From assembly GCA_018398765.1 (NCBI GenBank), contig JAHBMJ010000383.1, positions 1 through 49,356 on the forward strand: a stretch of DNA of 49,356 bases, given 5' to 3'. Positions 1-16,116 of this stretch are shown here, piece after piece. The stretch's first letter is position 1; each line of letters starts with the position of its first letter. Below the pieces are notes generated by a model, which saw nothing but the letters and a program-made list of their open reading frames with translations, did not search any database and was not told where the DNA came from. A program made the position numbers and the translations under genes. Source of the DNA: Chromera velia (lineage: Eukaryota).

Positions 1-274
1 ATGCATTGTCAGTTTTCGGCACGCAAAAGAGAGGCTTATGGAGCTGTCGTAAGGCATACGAGCGATGTACAGCGATCGATTGAAGAGATGTGTATTAATG
101 CAAATGCATGTATACAAAATACATGCATGCAACGTGCATACTGAGATCAGCGCGCATGCATGGATGGATGACGCACGCACGCATGTAAGGAGGCATCGAT
201 CGCATCATACACCGCCTGAAACACCAAACAACTTCCGTTCTAGCCTACCGATCCACACCCCGTCGGTCTGCCAC

Positions 275-676
275 TGTTATTTATCTATCGCTGTTGGCTT
301 GATTGCATGAACGATCAAACAGGTCAAGATCTGCTAAGAAGGAAAAGAGTTCTTTCAATAGTAAGGGCATGCAAGCGCATGCAAGGGCCCATTTGCAGAA
401 GTCACAAAAGAACTCATGAAGACGAAAGGAAACGAGTCAAACAAGCACGAAGGAAAGAAGGAAGGTCTAGAGGAAGGTTCTAGAAGAAAGGAAAGAAGGA
501 ATCTAACGAACGAAAAAGGAGAGAACCTCAGGGAGTCTGATCCTGAAGCAAGGACTCTTAACAGCAAAACCGGTAGTGCTCCTCCAAACGATCCTCCGAG
601 GCGCCCAGCGGACACACGCGCCCGCCACCCCTTTCTACTGGATCAATTGACGATGATCCAAGGCTTGCATGCAACA
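275..676 (-). mobile_element. Probable 5' LTR of a second LTR retrotransposon whose internal region runs off the left edge of the window
   Basis: On the minus strand the segment starts TGTTG (676) and ends TAACA (275). It is followed immediately by GTGGCAGACCG, the same CA|GTGGCAG junction seen after the 5' LTR of the main element. No partner LTR is in the window. Confidence 0.4.
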
Positions 677-1102
677 ACGAAGCAAGTGATGCCCTTCCAT
701 CATGAAGTCCTTATCCGTGAACCGATTGCTAAATTTATTAATATTATATTATACATGGAATTAAAATAAAATGACAAATATCATCTCAACTAGTGGACAA
801 ATCAAGTTTTTATGTATATACAAGCAAATCTTCAATTTAAAAATTGTATTTTTTTTTTTGTTCTAGTAGTATGCATATATATAGAGAGACATATATATAG
901 ATATATATTATCAATCGATCAATTGAAAACTAAATTAATTAGAATGAAAGATGAATGAATGAATGAATGAATGAATACAGATAACTAATTAAGTGATGAG
1001 TATATTCTTTATTCGTTTATTTTATTAGACTTAAACATGCATATCAATTTGCAAGCAGTTCGAGAAATTAGAGTTGGTGGAGGAGTTTTTTCAGCTCACA
1101 AG

Positions 1103-1588
1103 TGTTGTGCCCTAATTCAGAAAGCGGCAACGGGCCATGGGACGGGCCAGGCGTGTGCGGCCACGGGAGCAGACCCACAGAACGAACGGCCCGCTGAGTG
1201 TGCGTCAGACGTGCAGCAGTCTTAATGGTACAAACAATACAGTTGCAGTAACACTGTCAAAGCAACATATCAACAACAGATGGCAACAGAAGTGAGACTG
1301 ATCTCAGTATCAGAAAGAAGCATAAAGCGTAAACATACAGAGATGAAAAGATGGAAACAGACGTCACGTTGAATCCATGTATGTATCTGAATTCACTTGG
1401 AAAGCGATACAGACGTGCATACACGCGAAGCCAGAATTATTTGACAAGCCATACAGAAAGGATCTTACCAGAACGACTCGAAGTGATGAAAAAGGACCTA
1501 ACAGACGAGTACCGAAGTAGACTCAAATAAGTTGTATATATGTAGAGCCCCATATAGCTCGCTAGCTTGCCCACTAGCAGATTCATCA
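1103..1588 (+). repeat. 5' LTR (TG...CA)
   Basis: Aligns without gaps to 11728-12213 at about 89-90% identity by manual count. Confidence 0.95.
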
Positions 1589-1606
1589 GTGGCAGCAGAG
1601 CATTCC
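1589..1606 (+). promoter_or_regulatory. Putative primer-binding site (GTGGCAGCAGAGC...)
   Basis: TGG begins 1 nt after the LTR terminal CA. The cognate tRNA was not identified. Confidence 0.55.
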
Positions 1607-1755
1607 CGATTTGAGGGACCTCTGCACCCTTTCTTTTTTGCGCCATTCTCGGTTTGCTTCGTTCGGGAAGAAGCTTTCTCAATCCTTCCCTTTCTGCTAA
1701 TATAGAAGAAGCTGACCATGCTCCACTTGCAAGCCTATTCGACCACCTCAACAAC

Positions 1756-5407
<3,652 letters not shown>

Positions 5408-7233
5408 AAGGGAAAAATTTTTAAAACGGTTTCTAATACCAAAACGGTCTCCAAAATAACCCTATCCCGCAGGCATGTTTGGGCAGTAAACAGTGGTTAA
5501 AAAGTAGAAACAAAGAGTTTTAAACATTTTGCAAGTGCATTTTTACGTTCATGAATCATAGTTAGTGAGTGCTATAGAAAAAATGTATTGCGCCTGCACG
5601 TATGATGGTGTGTGACCGAGTGCAAGCCTGCGTCCACGTGCCCCCCCAAATAATTAATAGTCTGCGGCGGCCGCGCGCACTGCGGCTCATAAAGCTTTCA
5701 AGGGGATTTAAAATCGGATCGAAATCCGATTTTGATGCACGCGCGCGGTAGCAGACTTTGGGTGGAACCTCAGCCGTCTCTTTTCTATTGGGCATGGGTT
5801 TATTTCCCCATCTTGTTCTGTCAAGTAGGTTTTGTGAGTAAAATTGGAGAGCGTCGTCTTGCTCCCAATCTTGGATCGACGTCTTGTTCTGCTGCGTGCC
5901 CGAATGCAAGCTTTCGAGCTCTTGCTTGCCTCGCTGGGGGAACTAAGGCTCTCTTCGTCTTCTTTCTGGTGAGTTTAAGGTTCTGTCTCCTCTCAGACGT
6001 GAGCTAGCCGTGACCCTCGTTGCATCATATCAGGCACTCGCCCACCTTTGCCCAAATTCCCATACTTCCTTATCTTCTTGGTATGTATCTGCAGGCAGGA
6101 TTTGGGACTCCCACTAGGCTGTTTAAGGGAGTCAGATCGGCCTTCGCGTGCTCTTCGGTAGGTTTATCCGTTTGTCTTCCTCAAAGCTTGCAAGCCATTC
6201 CAACACATCGGAACATGATGTACCTCAGACTTTCGCCTAGAACTTCTTTTTTTTTTTGCTTTGTGACTGCATACAGGATCTGGGACGCCTTTTTGCCTCT
6301 ACTGAGGAGCTGGGGTTGCTTTCGCCTTTTTCTTGGTGAGTGTTCATTTCCGTCTCTCTGTGTGGGTTAGTATATGATGCATTATCGATCGAGCAGATAT
6401 TTGCTTTAAACGGTCTTTTTTGGCTTTGTTCCCTCTTGCGGATGTGAATGGATGCAGGTTTCGGTGCCTTTGATCGTGCTACCGCTGCTGCGAAACAGCA
6501 TTTGAGGCTCCACATGATGACTATCTCTCTGAGTCAGTGGTTTGTTTTCATGGGGTCTGTGTCAGTTGTTCTATTTTACATCCATGCCTGTCTATCAAAG
6601 TCAGTCATATGTATCTAGTAAGTATGGTTTGGAAAGAGAGGAGAGAGAGTATACCAACCTGAAGAGAACCAAAGGAAGGAGGGGGGGGGTCACCTGCCCC
6701 CGCTTCCTGTTTGTCTCCCTTTCACTGCTTGTCTATCTTTGTTCGGGTCTTTTCTTTGTGTTAAACTTTGAGGCACCCTGGCCCCTGCCCCAGCACTATC
6801 TCGGCTCTGTCTAGCCCCAACGCATGAGTCTCCGTAGAATAGAAAGGCGAAGGAACGAAGAGGAGCGGGCGGAATTCAATCAAAGCAGTGAGCAGGCCGG
6901 AGTGCTGGGCCGGAGCAACGTCCATCTATGGAGGCCGGGGCAAGGACGGAGGCAGGGGTGGCAACCCGCGGTAGCCAGGCCAAGGCGGGGGGCCCGGCCT
7001 GGGGCCGCGCCCAGCGGCGTCACAGTGAGAGGTCCAAGCGACCATGGAGAGCTGAGAGCGAACTAGAGCAAGCAGAGACTTTGCGCTGAGTAAAGGCTAC
7101 GACTGCCGGGGTCGGGGCCGGGGCCGGCGGCGCCATAAGGGGGCAGGGCGGGGCCCGAGGCCGAGGCCGGCGGCGTCACAAGTGAGCCGGGGCCGGAGGC
7201 GTCACAAGTTGGCCGGGGTGGGCGGCAAAGGAG

Positions 7234-7773
7234 CAGAAAATCTGGTGGGAGGCTGGTGGGGGAGAACGGTGAGGAGTTGGGACAATAAAAGTAGATTGGC
7301 TTGTGTCCTGAAGGGTGCCGGTGGCGGCTGTACTGCTCTTTTAGCCTCATTCCACTCTCTTTCCTACCCCAAATTTCTGGTAGTACCATGACCCCCCCCC
7401 TCTGAGAGTTACTGGAAAAAACAGGTCTGATTCTTCCGGTAAAGGGAGGGGAGTCAAAACTTTTTTTTGTCGGAAAACAAAAGAAGTGGTCCCAATTGAT
7501 TACTAATGTCAAAACAACCACTTTTAATTTTTTTTCGACAAAAAAAATCGGTGAACCCCCCCCCTTACCGAAAGAATCAGACCTGTTTTTTCCGGTAATA
7601 ACCAGGAGGGGGGGTCACGGCACTACCAGAAATTTAGGGCAGGATAGAGAGTAGAATGAGGCTAAGGGAGCAGTCTAGCCGCCACCGGCACTCTTGGAGA
7701 CACCAGTTACTCCACTTTTCATGCCCCAACTCCTCACCGTTCTCCCCCATCCGCCTCCCATCTGGGTTCCCTG
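7234..7773. mobile_element. Foldback/MITE-like element with ~220-bp imperfect inverted arms
   Basis: About 7234-7451 is the reverse complement of about 7555-7773 (e.g. GGGGAGAACGGTGAGGAGTTGGG and GGAAAAAACAGGTCTGATTCTT). Termini are CAG...CTG; no TSD seen. Confidence 0.75.
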
Positions 7774-7829
7774 TATGTGTGTGTGAGGGTGTGTGCATGC
7801 ACGTATGTATGTATATGTGTGTATGTGTA

Positions 7830-7864
<35 letters not shown>

Positions 7865-7902
7865 GTGTGTGTGTGTATGTATGCGTGTGTATGTGTGTGT
7901 GT

Positions 7903-7942
<40 letters not shown>

Positions 7943-8598
7943 ATGTGTATGTGTGTGTGTGTGTGTGTATGTGTGTGTGTGTGTATGTGTATGAGGAGAC
8001 AAATCCTTAGGGGCTGGTTTTCAGATTGTTTTGAAACCTTTTGAATTTTCTTTTTTTTTTCTTCTCCCTGTTCTTGCTGTTGTCTTTGACTCTTTTCTAT
8101 GTGTATGTCCTTTGAATGTGCGTTCAGGTAAATCCACCTGAGGGAAGCACCGTCTCTGAGTACCCATGTAGAAGGTGGGTCCATCGTGCGGCATTTGCGT
8201 CAGCGGCTTATTCTTGGTCTGCCAGGCTCTCAAAGCTCTGTTTATTTTCAGCCTTTTCTGTTCCTTTCCGTTTTGAGTCTTTCTACGTCTCTGCGGGCAT
8301 GTATCTTAGTGTGTGTACATGTATGTGTGTTGGTGTAGGTGTAGATGTAGGTGTAGATGTATGTGTGTGTATGTGTGTATGTGTGTGTGTATGTATGTGT
8401 GTGTATATGTGTATGTGTATGTATATGTAAATGCGTGAGAAGGGGGGTCTGTGCATGCTGGAAAGCTATTTCATTTCGGTACTAGCTTTTGCTGCTTGTG
8501 TGTTTGAAACAATGAGCCTGCATGCCCCTATATTCCAATCAGGACACAATTCATGCATGCAGGTATGTGTGTGTATATGTGTGTATGTGTGTGTGTGT

Positions 8599-8630
<32 letters not shown>

Positions 8631-9195
8631 GTATGTGTCTATGTGTATATGTTTGTGCGTTTGTGTATGTGAGAGACAGAGAGAGGAAGAGGGAGAGAGA
8701 GAGAGAATAATAAAAGTAATGCCAACATATGGTTCTACTTCTGGTGACCAGCATGTCTTCGTGAACGTGTGTTTATATGTTTGTGTATGTATATATGTGT
8801 ATGTGTGTGTGTGTGTATGTATGAATGTGTATATGTATGTGTATGTGTGTGTATGTGTATGTGTCTGTGTATGTGTATGTGTGCTCTCCCTCTCTCGGTC
8901 TCTTTCCGTCCCAGCGCTTCTCTGCCTGCTCTTTTCCGGCCCATGTTCCTCTCCTTCCCCCACCACCACCACACACTCTGTCTGTCTGTCTGTCTGTCTG
9001 TATGTGTATGTGTGTGTGTGTATGTGGTGTGTTTGCCTGCATAAGTACATACATACATGCGTGTAAAGCTGTATGAGGGAGGTGAATGAAACGTAGAAAA
9101 CGGTAAAGAAGGAAGAAAAACAAGAAGATATAATAAGATATACATCTGAGGCCTTGTGTATGTATGTGTATATGTGTGTATGTGTGTGTGTGTAT

Positions 9196-9238
<43 letters not shown>

Positions 9239-9300
9239 TGTGTGTATGTGTGTGTGTGTATGTGTGTGTGTGTGTGTGTATGTGTATAACTGGTGTGTGT
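7774..9300. repeat. Cluster of imperfect (TG)n/(TGTA)n microsatellites
   Basis: Visible in sequence; source of the many HT/VC-repeat spurious ORFs. Confidence 0.95.
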
Positions 9301-9904
9301 ATATTCTGTTTTATGATTGAAGCCAGAGTGGACTTCTACTGCATCATGTACAACAATTGCTTCAAGTTCAGTAAGTCATTGGCAGCAAGTCATTGGATAT
9401 GCAGTGCGAAAGATGCTGTAGGTTTCGGTGCCAACTTTTAGAGCGGTACACACTGGCAGGTGAAGGTGCACCTGCATCTATCCTAGATGGTATCTTATGA
9501 ATGTTTATTTATACAAACAACTACTCACCGTTTTATGCCTGTAAATTACTTTAAGGTTTTTATTTCTTTAACTGTTTTTATTTATTTAAAGCAAATTTTA
9601 AATATGAATTAGACCAAATTTAAGAATCAGTTATAGTATTATAAATTTTGTGTATCTGATTCATATATATGTACGTACGTGAATGTATAGTTATATTATA
9701 ATATATATCATCCCAAGTATTATTATTATTAATTCTGCTATACATTCTGATAGTTGAGCTTATTATAAATACAGTTTAAACAACAAAACAATGTTTAATA
9801 TCATTAGAAATTGTTTTAAAATGCTCTAGAAAATATGTAGATACTTCATAATTTTGGAGACCGTTTGGGTGTTGGAGACAATTTTAAAAAATTTTTCTTT
9901 CAAA

Positions 9905-11551
9905 GTGAAGGCTGCGCTTCCCTCTGATCCCTTTGTCTCTGATCTGTTCAGGTATTTGTAGGAAGGAACACTCCCAGTGGAAGCGAGCCGACGCAAGAAT
10001 GTGATGTCGCAGGAGGATTCGTTTGATGTCAGGGATGGGCTCCTCTATCGATATGAAAAGGGGGGGGCTGAGCAGCTGTATGTCTCTCCGGCATTGAGGG
10101 ACACCATCCTGACCATGCATCATGACCACCCAATGGGCAGGCACCCAGCAGTCAAGAGACTTTTTCAGCGACTCCTCGCTGAATTTTGGTGGCCCCGTTT
10201 AAGAAAAGACGCACGTGAGTGGGTGTATAAGTGCCGACCGTGTCAAGAGAGAAGGAATCAGCCGAAGAGCCGAAACCCATAGACTCTTCCCGTTCCCTCC
10301 CGGCCGTTCCAACGAGTCGGTATCGATGTAGTCGGCCCCGTTCCGATGTCCAGGAGGAGGAACCGATTCATGCTTGTCATCACGTGCGCTTTGACCTGGT
10401 GGCCTGAGGTATTTGCATTGCCTAAGGTTCCCGCTTAGAAGGTGGCAAAGATTCTTTTTGAAGAAATCATCTGTCGGTATGGATTTATTGAGAGTCTAAC
10501 CCTTGTTTCTGACCAAGGAACGAATTTTCTTATAAAGATTGTGTAAGAGTTGCTCAAACTGGTAAAAGCCCGTCACTTGACCACCATCAGCTACTACCCA
10601 CAAGGCAACGCGATCCCAGAGAAATTCAACTAAACCTTGGTGCAGGGGTAAAGGAAACAGGTTCATAAAGAGAAGGGGGATTGGGACTTGTATCTACAGC
10701 CCTTCCTAGCCTCCTATAAAACGACGGAGCATGCAGAGACAGGGTACTCTCCCTTTGGTCTTGTGTTCGCATATAACCCTCAGAGCATTCTTCGGGTCAT
10801 GCCCATTCCCGAAGGTATGAGAGCACCGCCTGTCTGTTACGACGAATATGCAGGATTCATTAGGCAGCAACGGATTAAGAGAGTTGACAGGGCAAGGGGA
10901 AGGGCAGAAAGGGAAAAGCAGGCCAGAGAGCACAAGAATCCTCCTCAGATGACAGAGAAATTCCATCTAGAGGATTGTATACTTCTCCAAAAGCCGACAC
11001 CGAATTTGGGAAAACAACCAAAATTTGTAACAAAATTTGAAGAGGGGCAGACATTTGTGGTGGTTGCGGTTCCTCACGACCAACCGCATATTGCTGTCAT
11101 TCGCCCTCTGGGAGGAAAAGAGAGAGACGCCATTAGCACGGATCGTTTGATGTTGTGGCAGCCGGCAAAGAGAGTGGAGAAAGAGACTGAGGAAAGGGCG
11201 TCAGCTGTTGAGAAGGAAAGGGGAGAGAAAATTCCCCCAGGTACCCCCAAGTCATCTTTCCGGGTCGGAGAAGACCCCGATAAGGACGACTTTTTGGATG
11301 AATTAGGATTGGGGGATGAATTGGAGGTGGAGAAAGAACAAGTGAAAGAAAACAGTGCTGGAAACAAGAAGAGAGGGAAACCTCAGCCCACCTACATTCT
11401 GGCTGTTCGAGAAAAAGAAGGAACGGAAGAGTACCGGGTCTCGTTCGATAACGGTACCTTCGCATGGATGCCAGAAGAGGAGGTGGAGGCCCCTGATCTT
11501 GTTCGGGACTTTGAGAAGGAGAGAGAAAGAGTCATACATCAAGTTAATTAA
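9905..11551 (+). pseudogene. pol: pol pseudogene, 3' part: integrase (HHCC zinc finger and catalytic core) plus chromodomain-like tail
   Basis: HHDHPMGRH...CRPCQ, GIDVVGP, SDQG and YPQGNA motifs with in-frame stops. The tail YILAVREKEGTEEYRVSFDNGTFAWMPEEEVEAPDLVRDF matches the chromodomain pattern. Confidence 0.92.
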
Positions 11552-11696
11552 TTTTGCTTGGTCATTTCATTCCCCCGTTGCGTTTATATCCATTGATGGA
11601 TTGGCAGACCTGGCGGGACATCAGAAGGCCCGAAGGTCAAGTAGTTTGTGTCATGTTAACTTGTCTCTTTTTTTTTTTCAGGATTAGATTCTGCTC

Positions 11697-11727
11697 GAGG
11701 ACGAGTAGAGTTAGGGGGGGGAGTGGT
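11697..11727 (+). promoter_or_regulatory. Polypurine tract
   Basis: Purine-rich GAGGACGAGTAGAGTTAGGGGGGGGAGTGG immediately before the 3' LTR. Confidence 0.8.
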
Positions 11728-12213
11728 TATTGTGTCCCAATTTAGAAAGCGGCGACGGGCTGTAGGACGGGCCAGGCATGCTTGGCCATGGGAGCGGACC
11801 TACAGAACGGACGGCTTGCCGAGCATGCGTCAGACGTGTAGCAGTTTTAACGGTGCAAACAACATAGTTGCAGCAACACTGTCAAAGCAACACATTAACA
11901 ACAGATGGCAACAGAAGTAAGACTGATCTCAGTATCAGAAAGAAACATAAAGCGTGAACATACAGAGATGAAAAGATGGAAACAGACGTGATGTTGAATC
12001 CATGTATGTATCTGAATTCACTTGGAAAGCGATACAGACGTGCATACACGTGAAGCCAGAATTACTTGACAAGCCATACAGAAAAGATCTTACCAGAACG
12101 ACTCGAAGTGACGATGAAAGACCCGACAGACGAGTACCGAAGTAGACTCAAGTAAGTTGTGTGTATGTAGAGCCCCGTATAGCTTGCTAGCTTGTCCACT
12201 AGCAGATTTATCA
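11728..12213 (+). repeat. 3' LTR (TA...CA; initial TG mutated)
   Basis: Gapless match to 1103-1588. Confidence 0.95.
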
Positions 12214-12730
12214 ACGAGCATCCCGCACTTAAGATGATGCTGGGTTCACTGCCTGTGGCTGAGCGGGATTGACAAACAATTCATCAAGGTATCCTCCCCA
12301 AGAAAAGTCCAGCCACACATTGTGCAGAACGCAACAGACCAAAGTGTATTTATTCTTTTATCACTTTAACATAGGCGTGGAGCAGTCGAACGAGCTAAAG
12401 GATTTTAAATTTGTTTTTCAACCAGCCGTACATATTGATCTCAACCTGCTTTCGCATCATCTTCAGTCGGGCATTAAATTTTTTTATCCACTGTCTTTTT
12501 GAGGTGGGTGCTGCAGCAATCTCACTCTTTAAAAAAGGCACGATCACTTTGTTGCGTGGCTCAGCCTTCGCGGGGTTGCGTGCGTTGGGCCGGGGCACTT
12601 GCATGATTACGGAGGGATTTGTGCGGATCAGCACTCTTGCTGTATGCATAGGGCCCTTGGCAATTGCAATGCTTAGGCATGCATGCCGGGGCCTGAACGA
12701 TATGTAGCGCATGTCCATGCATGCATGTCG

Positions 12731-13090
12731 TACTATAGTATAGTCCAGTTTTCTCTAACCTGCGTTGTTCCTACTTAATTGATAATGTGTCAAAACTTGG
12801 CATCTGGGACAAACTTTTCTTAGAAATGACATAACACAAAGTTTGTGTACGCCTCTATGCTCCTTTCGTCCACGTACTACGTTGTCTAAAATTCTTTGTC
12901 GCGTGCCTACTCCCGTGTATCCTACTATAGTATAGTCCAGTTTTCTCCAGACCACTTTGATGCCACTTATGTTAAAACTTGGCATCTGGGACAAACTTTT
13001 CTCAGAAATGACAAAACATAAAGTTTGTGTACGCCTCTGTATGCTCGAGCCTTTGGTCCGCGCATACTACGTTGTCCGAAATTCTTCGGT
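12731..13090. repeat. Diverged tandem duplication, ~190-bp unit x2
   Basis: TACTATAGTATAGTCCAGTTTTCTC and AAAACTTGGCATCTGGGACAAACTTTTCT each occur twice about 190 bp apart. Confidence 0.85.
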
Positions 13091-13933
13091 GCGCGATGCG
13101 CGCCCACTCCCATGTAAACATAAACAACTCAAACAACAGTTCTGTGCAACACCCACAAAGTGAACCGGATGTGATCTGTTTAAAGAAAGAGCAGAGAGAC
13201 GTGATCTGATTAGTTTTTTGCGTTTTGGTGTTGTGAGCAAACATGTACCCAGAGAACAACGAGAACAAACTTACGTATCTGAAGATAGAGAGGGATTTGA
13301 ACGACAAAGAATCATACATATGGGGTGTTGTCGAACAAAGGATACATATATAACTGGAGAAAAGTGGAGTGTAAGAGAGAAGTTTAGCAATCGTCTTCCT
13401 TGCACGCGACTGGCTTACCCCTAAAAAGCTTTTCTATAGACAATTTTGTGGCTTTGGCGCCCGGACGCCTTCGGTGTAAGTCCTCTCCCTTTCGTCAGCC
13501 AATCCTTTTATCCTCATTCCCTCTCCCTACCTACCTACGTGCCTACCTAGCTGCCTATGTGTAGAACCTGCGCGTGTTTGACCGTCTCTGCACAGCCCTT
13601 CGTCTCTCCGGACCCGCCCTGCCAGAGCATCGTGACGTATCCGAAGATAGAGAGAGAGTTCGAAACGTACACGTGGGGTGTTGTCGAACAAAGGATAACT
13701 GGAGAAAAGTAGAGTGTGAGAGAGAAGACCATGACAAACCAAAGCAACAAGGGCCGAAAGAAGAAGGAGAACCATTCAGGGTTAGTTGACTGATTGTTTG
13801 AGCACACAGCGCAGACGGGAACCGGACATGGCTTTGCATGTACGCAAAGATCTGCATGCATGATCGGCCAATACGTCCAATATTGAGCGGAAACAGTCGA
13901 ATTTCCTGCTCCACAAGCCATCTTGTAAAGTCC

Positions 13934-14210
13934 GTACAGCTCTCATATACAGTTCTCTCCCTTGTACAGTGTACAACCCTCATGTACAGTTCTCTTCCTT
14001 GTACAGTGTACAACTCTCATGTACAGTTCTCTTCCTTGTACAGTGTACAACTCTCATGTACAGTTCTCTTCCTTGTGCAGTATACAGCTCTCGTGTACAG
14101 TTCTCTTCCTTGTGCAGTGTACAGCTCTCGTGTACAGTTCTCTTCCTTGTAAAGTGCATAGTTCTTGTGTACAGTTCTCCTCCTTATGCAGTGTACAGCT
14201 TTTGTGCAGT
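13934..14210. repeat. 37-bp minisatellite, about 7 copies
   Basis: Unit TGTACAGTTCTCTTCCTTGTACAGTGTACAACTCTCA; starts at 13983 and 14020 are 37 bp apart. Confidence 0.92.
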
Positions 14211-14747
14211 TTCTGAACCTCTCAGGAGAGAGCTCTTGTTACCTCTTGTTCTTTATCGATTGGAAGGCCGATAAATCCCAGAATGACGTGTGTTTTCTTA
14301 CGAGAAAAATGCGGGTAGTCTGGTCTGTTTTCAGGACAGATGGGCCATCATTCTTGGCTGCAGCATTCGTTGCTTTTTGTTGGCCTCCGGCGCTCACTGT
14401 TCCTGGATGCTTGACTGTAGAGCAGTCAAGAGGTCCAGGAGCTTTGGGTGTTGTGGGCGCTCAACGGCAATGACCTCAATACTTTTTTTATGTGGAGTTG
14501 CTTTTTCTGTTGGCCTCTGTTGTTCACTATTCTTGGCTGCTTGACTGCAGAACAGTCAAGACATCCAGAAGCTATGGGCGCTGTAGGCTTTGAATTGCAA
14601 TAACACTCAGAATATGTAGGGGAAGTGCTGTTTGGTGAAGGATAATCTCCTCAGATTTGTCGTCCGCTTTAGTTGGACATGGCGAATTATGCCCTCTTAT
14701 TCAGTCTTCTAACCCAGGATTAATATCCCTCTTTTCTCTTTCTGCAG

Positions 14748-15387
14748 GAAGGACGAAGAATCAGGTAAAGAATCAGATGGGGATACGCCCACTGACGTTC
14801 AGACAGCCGAAAATCCACACTCCCTTGAAGTTCCCTCCTCATCTTCCTCCTCTTCCCCCCTTCCACCCACCCTTCAAGAGAATGACGCCGAGCAGGGTGA
14901 CGCACTGAGTCTGTACGAGGGGGTAGGGGAAGTGGAGGAAAAAGCATGCACGGAAGAGGGCAGTTACTCTGTCGATGGCCATCAATCAGATGGCGATACG
15001 TTGACGCTTGAGACAGCCGAAAATCCACCCTCCCTTGAAGTTCCCTCCTCATCTTCCTCCTCTTCCCCCCTTTCACCCACCCTTCAAGAGAATGACGCTA
15101 AGCAGGGTGACGCACTGAGTCTGCACGAGGAGGTAGGGGAAGTGGAGAAAAAAGCATGCATGGAAGAGGGCAGTTACTCTGTCGATGGCCATCAATCAGA
15201 TGGCGATACGTTGACGCTTGAGACAGCCAAAAATCCACCCTCCCTTGAAGTTCCCTTCTCATCTTCCTCCTCTTCCCCCCTTCCACCCACCCTTCAAGAG
15301 AATGACGCCGAGCAGGGTGAAGCTGCACTGCACGAGGCGGTGTCAGAACTCATGGAGGAAAATAGTTGCAGTTTTAAGGCCGAATAG
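14748..15387 (+). CDS. Putative terminal exon encoding an acidic Ser/Pro-rich 70-aa tandem repeat (210-bp unit, ~2.7 copies); gene unknown, possibly pseudogenised
   Basis: Polypyrimidine tract plus TGCAG acceptor ending at 14747, then an open frame to TAG at 15387. A possible upstream exon near 13597-13780 contains a TGG>TAG stop relative to its duplicate near 13365. Confidence 0.4.
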
Positions 15388-16116
15388 ATTATGCAAGCAG
15401 GCCTCGGATCGGAGAACAGATTTCATCCCATCATCAGCACACATAAGTTTCTACAAAAGAAGAAGTGCATTTTTCGATAAATCAGTTTTTTAATTTATTT
15501 TCCATCTGACTTTTTATTATAGAATTAAGATGAATTAATTCTACCTAGATGAAAGTGTCTGGCCTTATGTATTCATTATATGTAAACCCTTCTCCTCTTT
15601 TGGTATGTCTAAGTCTAGCTTTTGTCTATACTTTTCTTTTTTAAGTTCTTTCTCTTTTAGAGTTGTAATATAAACACCTGCAGCGAATCATCTCTCTTTC
15701 TACCTTTTTGGAGGGAAGAACCCGGATCTCCGATTCAAACTCTAAAGAGAACTCCTAGTATCTCTAAAAGAAAACTCTGGATCTGATATCTCTGGTAAAC
15801 CTACAAGGAGACAGCTGTTCTTAATGATTGTAGCCCTTTTCTCTTTTTATTCATTAAAAAGGTTCGACTCGGTCCCATGTTCATCTCTCATCACACGCCC
15901 TCTACGCAGACATCAAAAACTAAAGAGAAGAATATGTAGGAAGCACGTCTACATATACTACTACCAGCATAAGCAATACATAAACAGCCATACTACAGAT
16001 GGCAAAAGCTTCTCGAAACCGGCTTGCACAAAAAAATACATGCAGCTAGATCAACAGCTTTATGACAATCAGATAAGAAGATCAAATAAAATTGCACCAT
16101 TGCCTGCTGGTAAAAG

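Larger units (their letters stand above)
5408..9900. mobile_element. Nested non-autonomous DNA transposon (50-bp imperfect TIRs, 4-bp TSD CAAA) inserted in pol
   Basis: TIRs at 5408-5457 and 9851-9900; CAAA at 5404-5407 and 9901-9904. Removing the insert and one TSD restores the pol frame (...PFLDK|VKAALPSDPF...). Confidence 0.88.

Noticed and set aside
7634..9441. His/Thr- and Cys/Val-repeat ORFs suggesting metal-binding proteins
   Set aside because: Artefacts of (CA)n/(TG)n microsatellites, open in many frames on both strands.
13934..14210. CRISPR-like array (also considered for 32221-32392 and 37897-38097)
   Set aside because: Units are head-to-tail with no unique spacers, there are no cas genes, and the context is eukaryotic.
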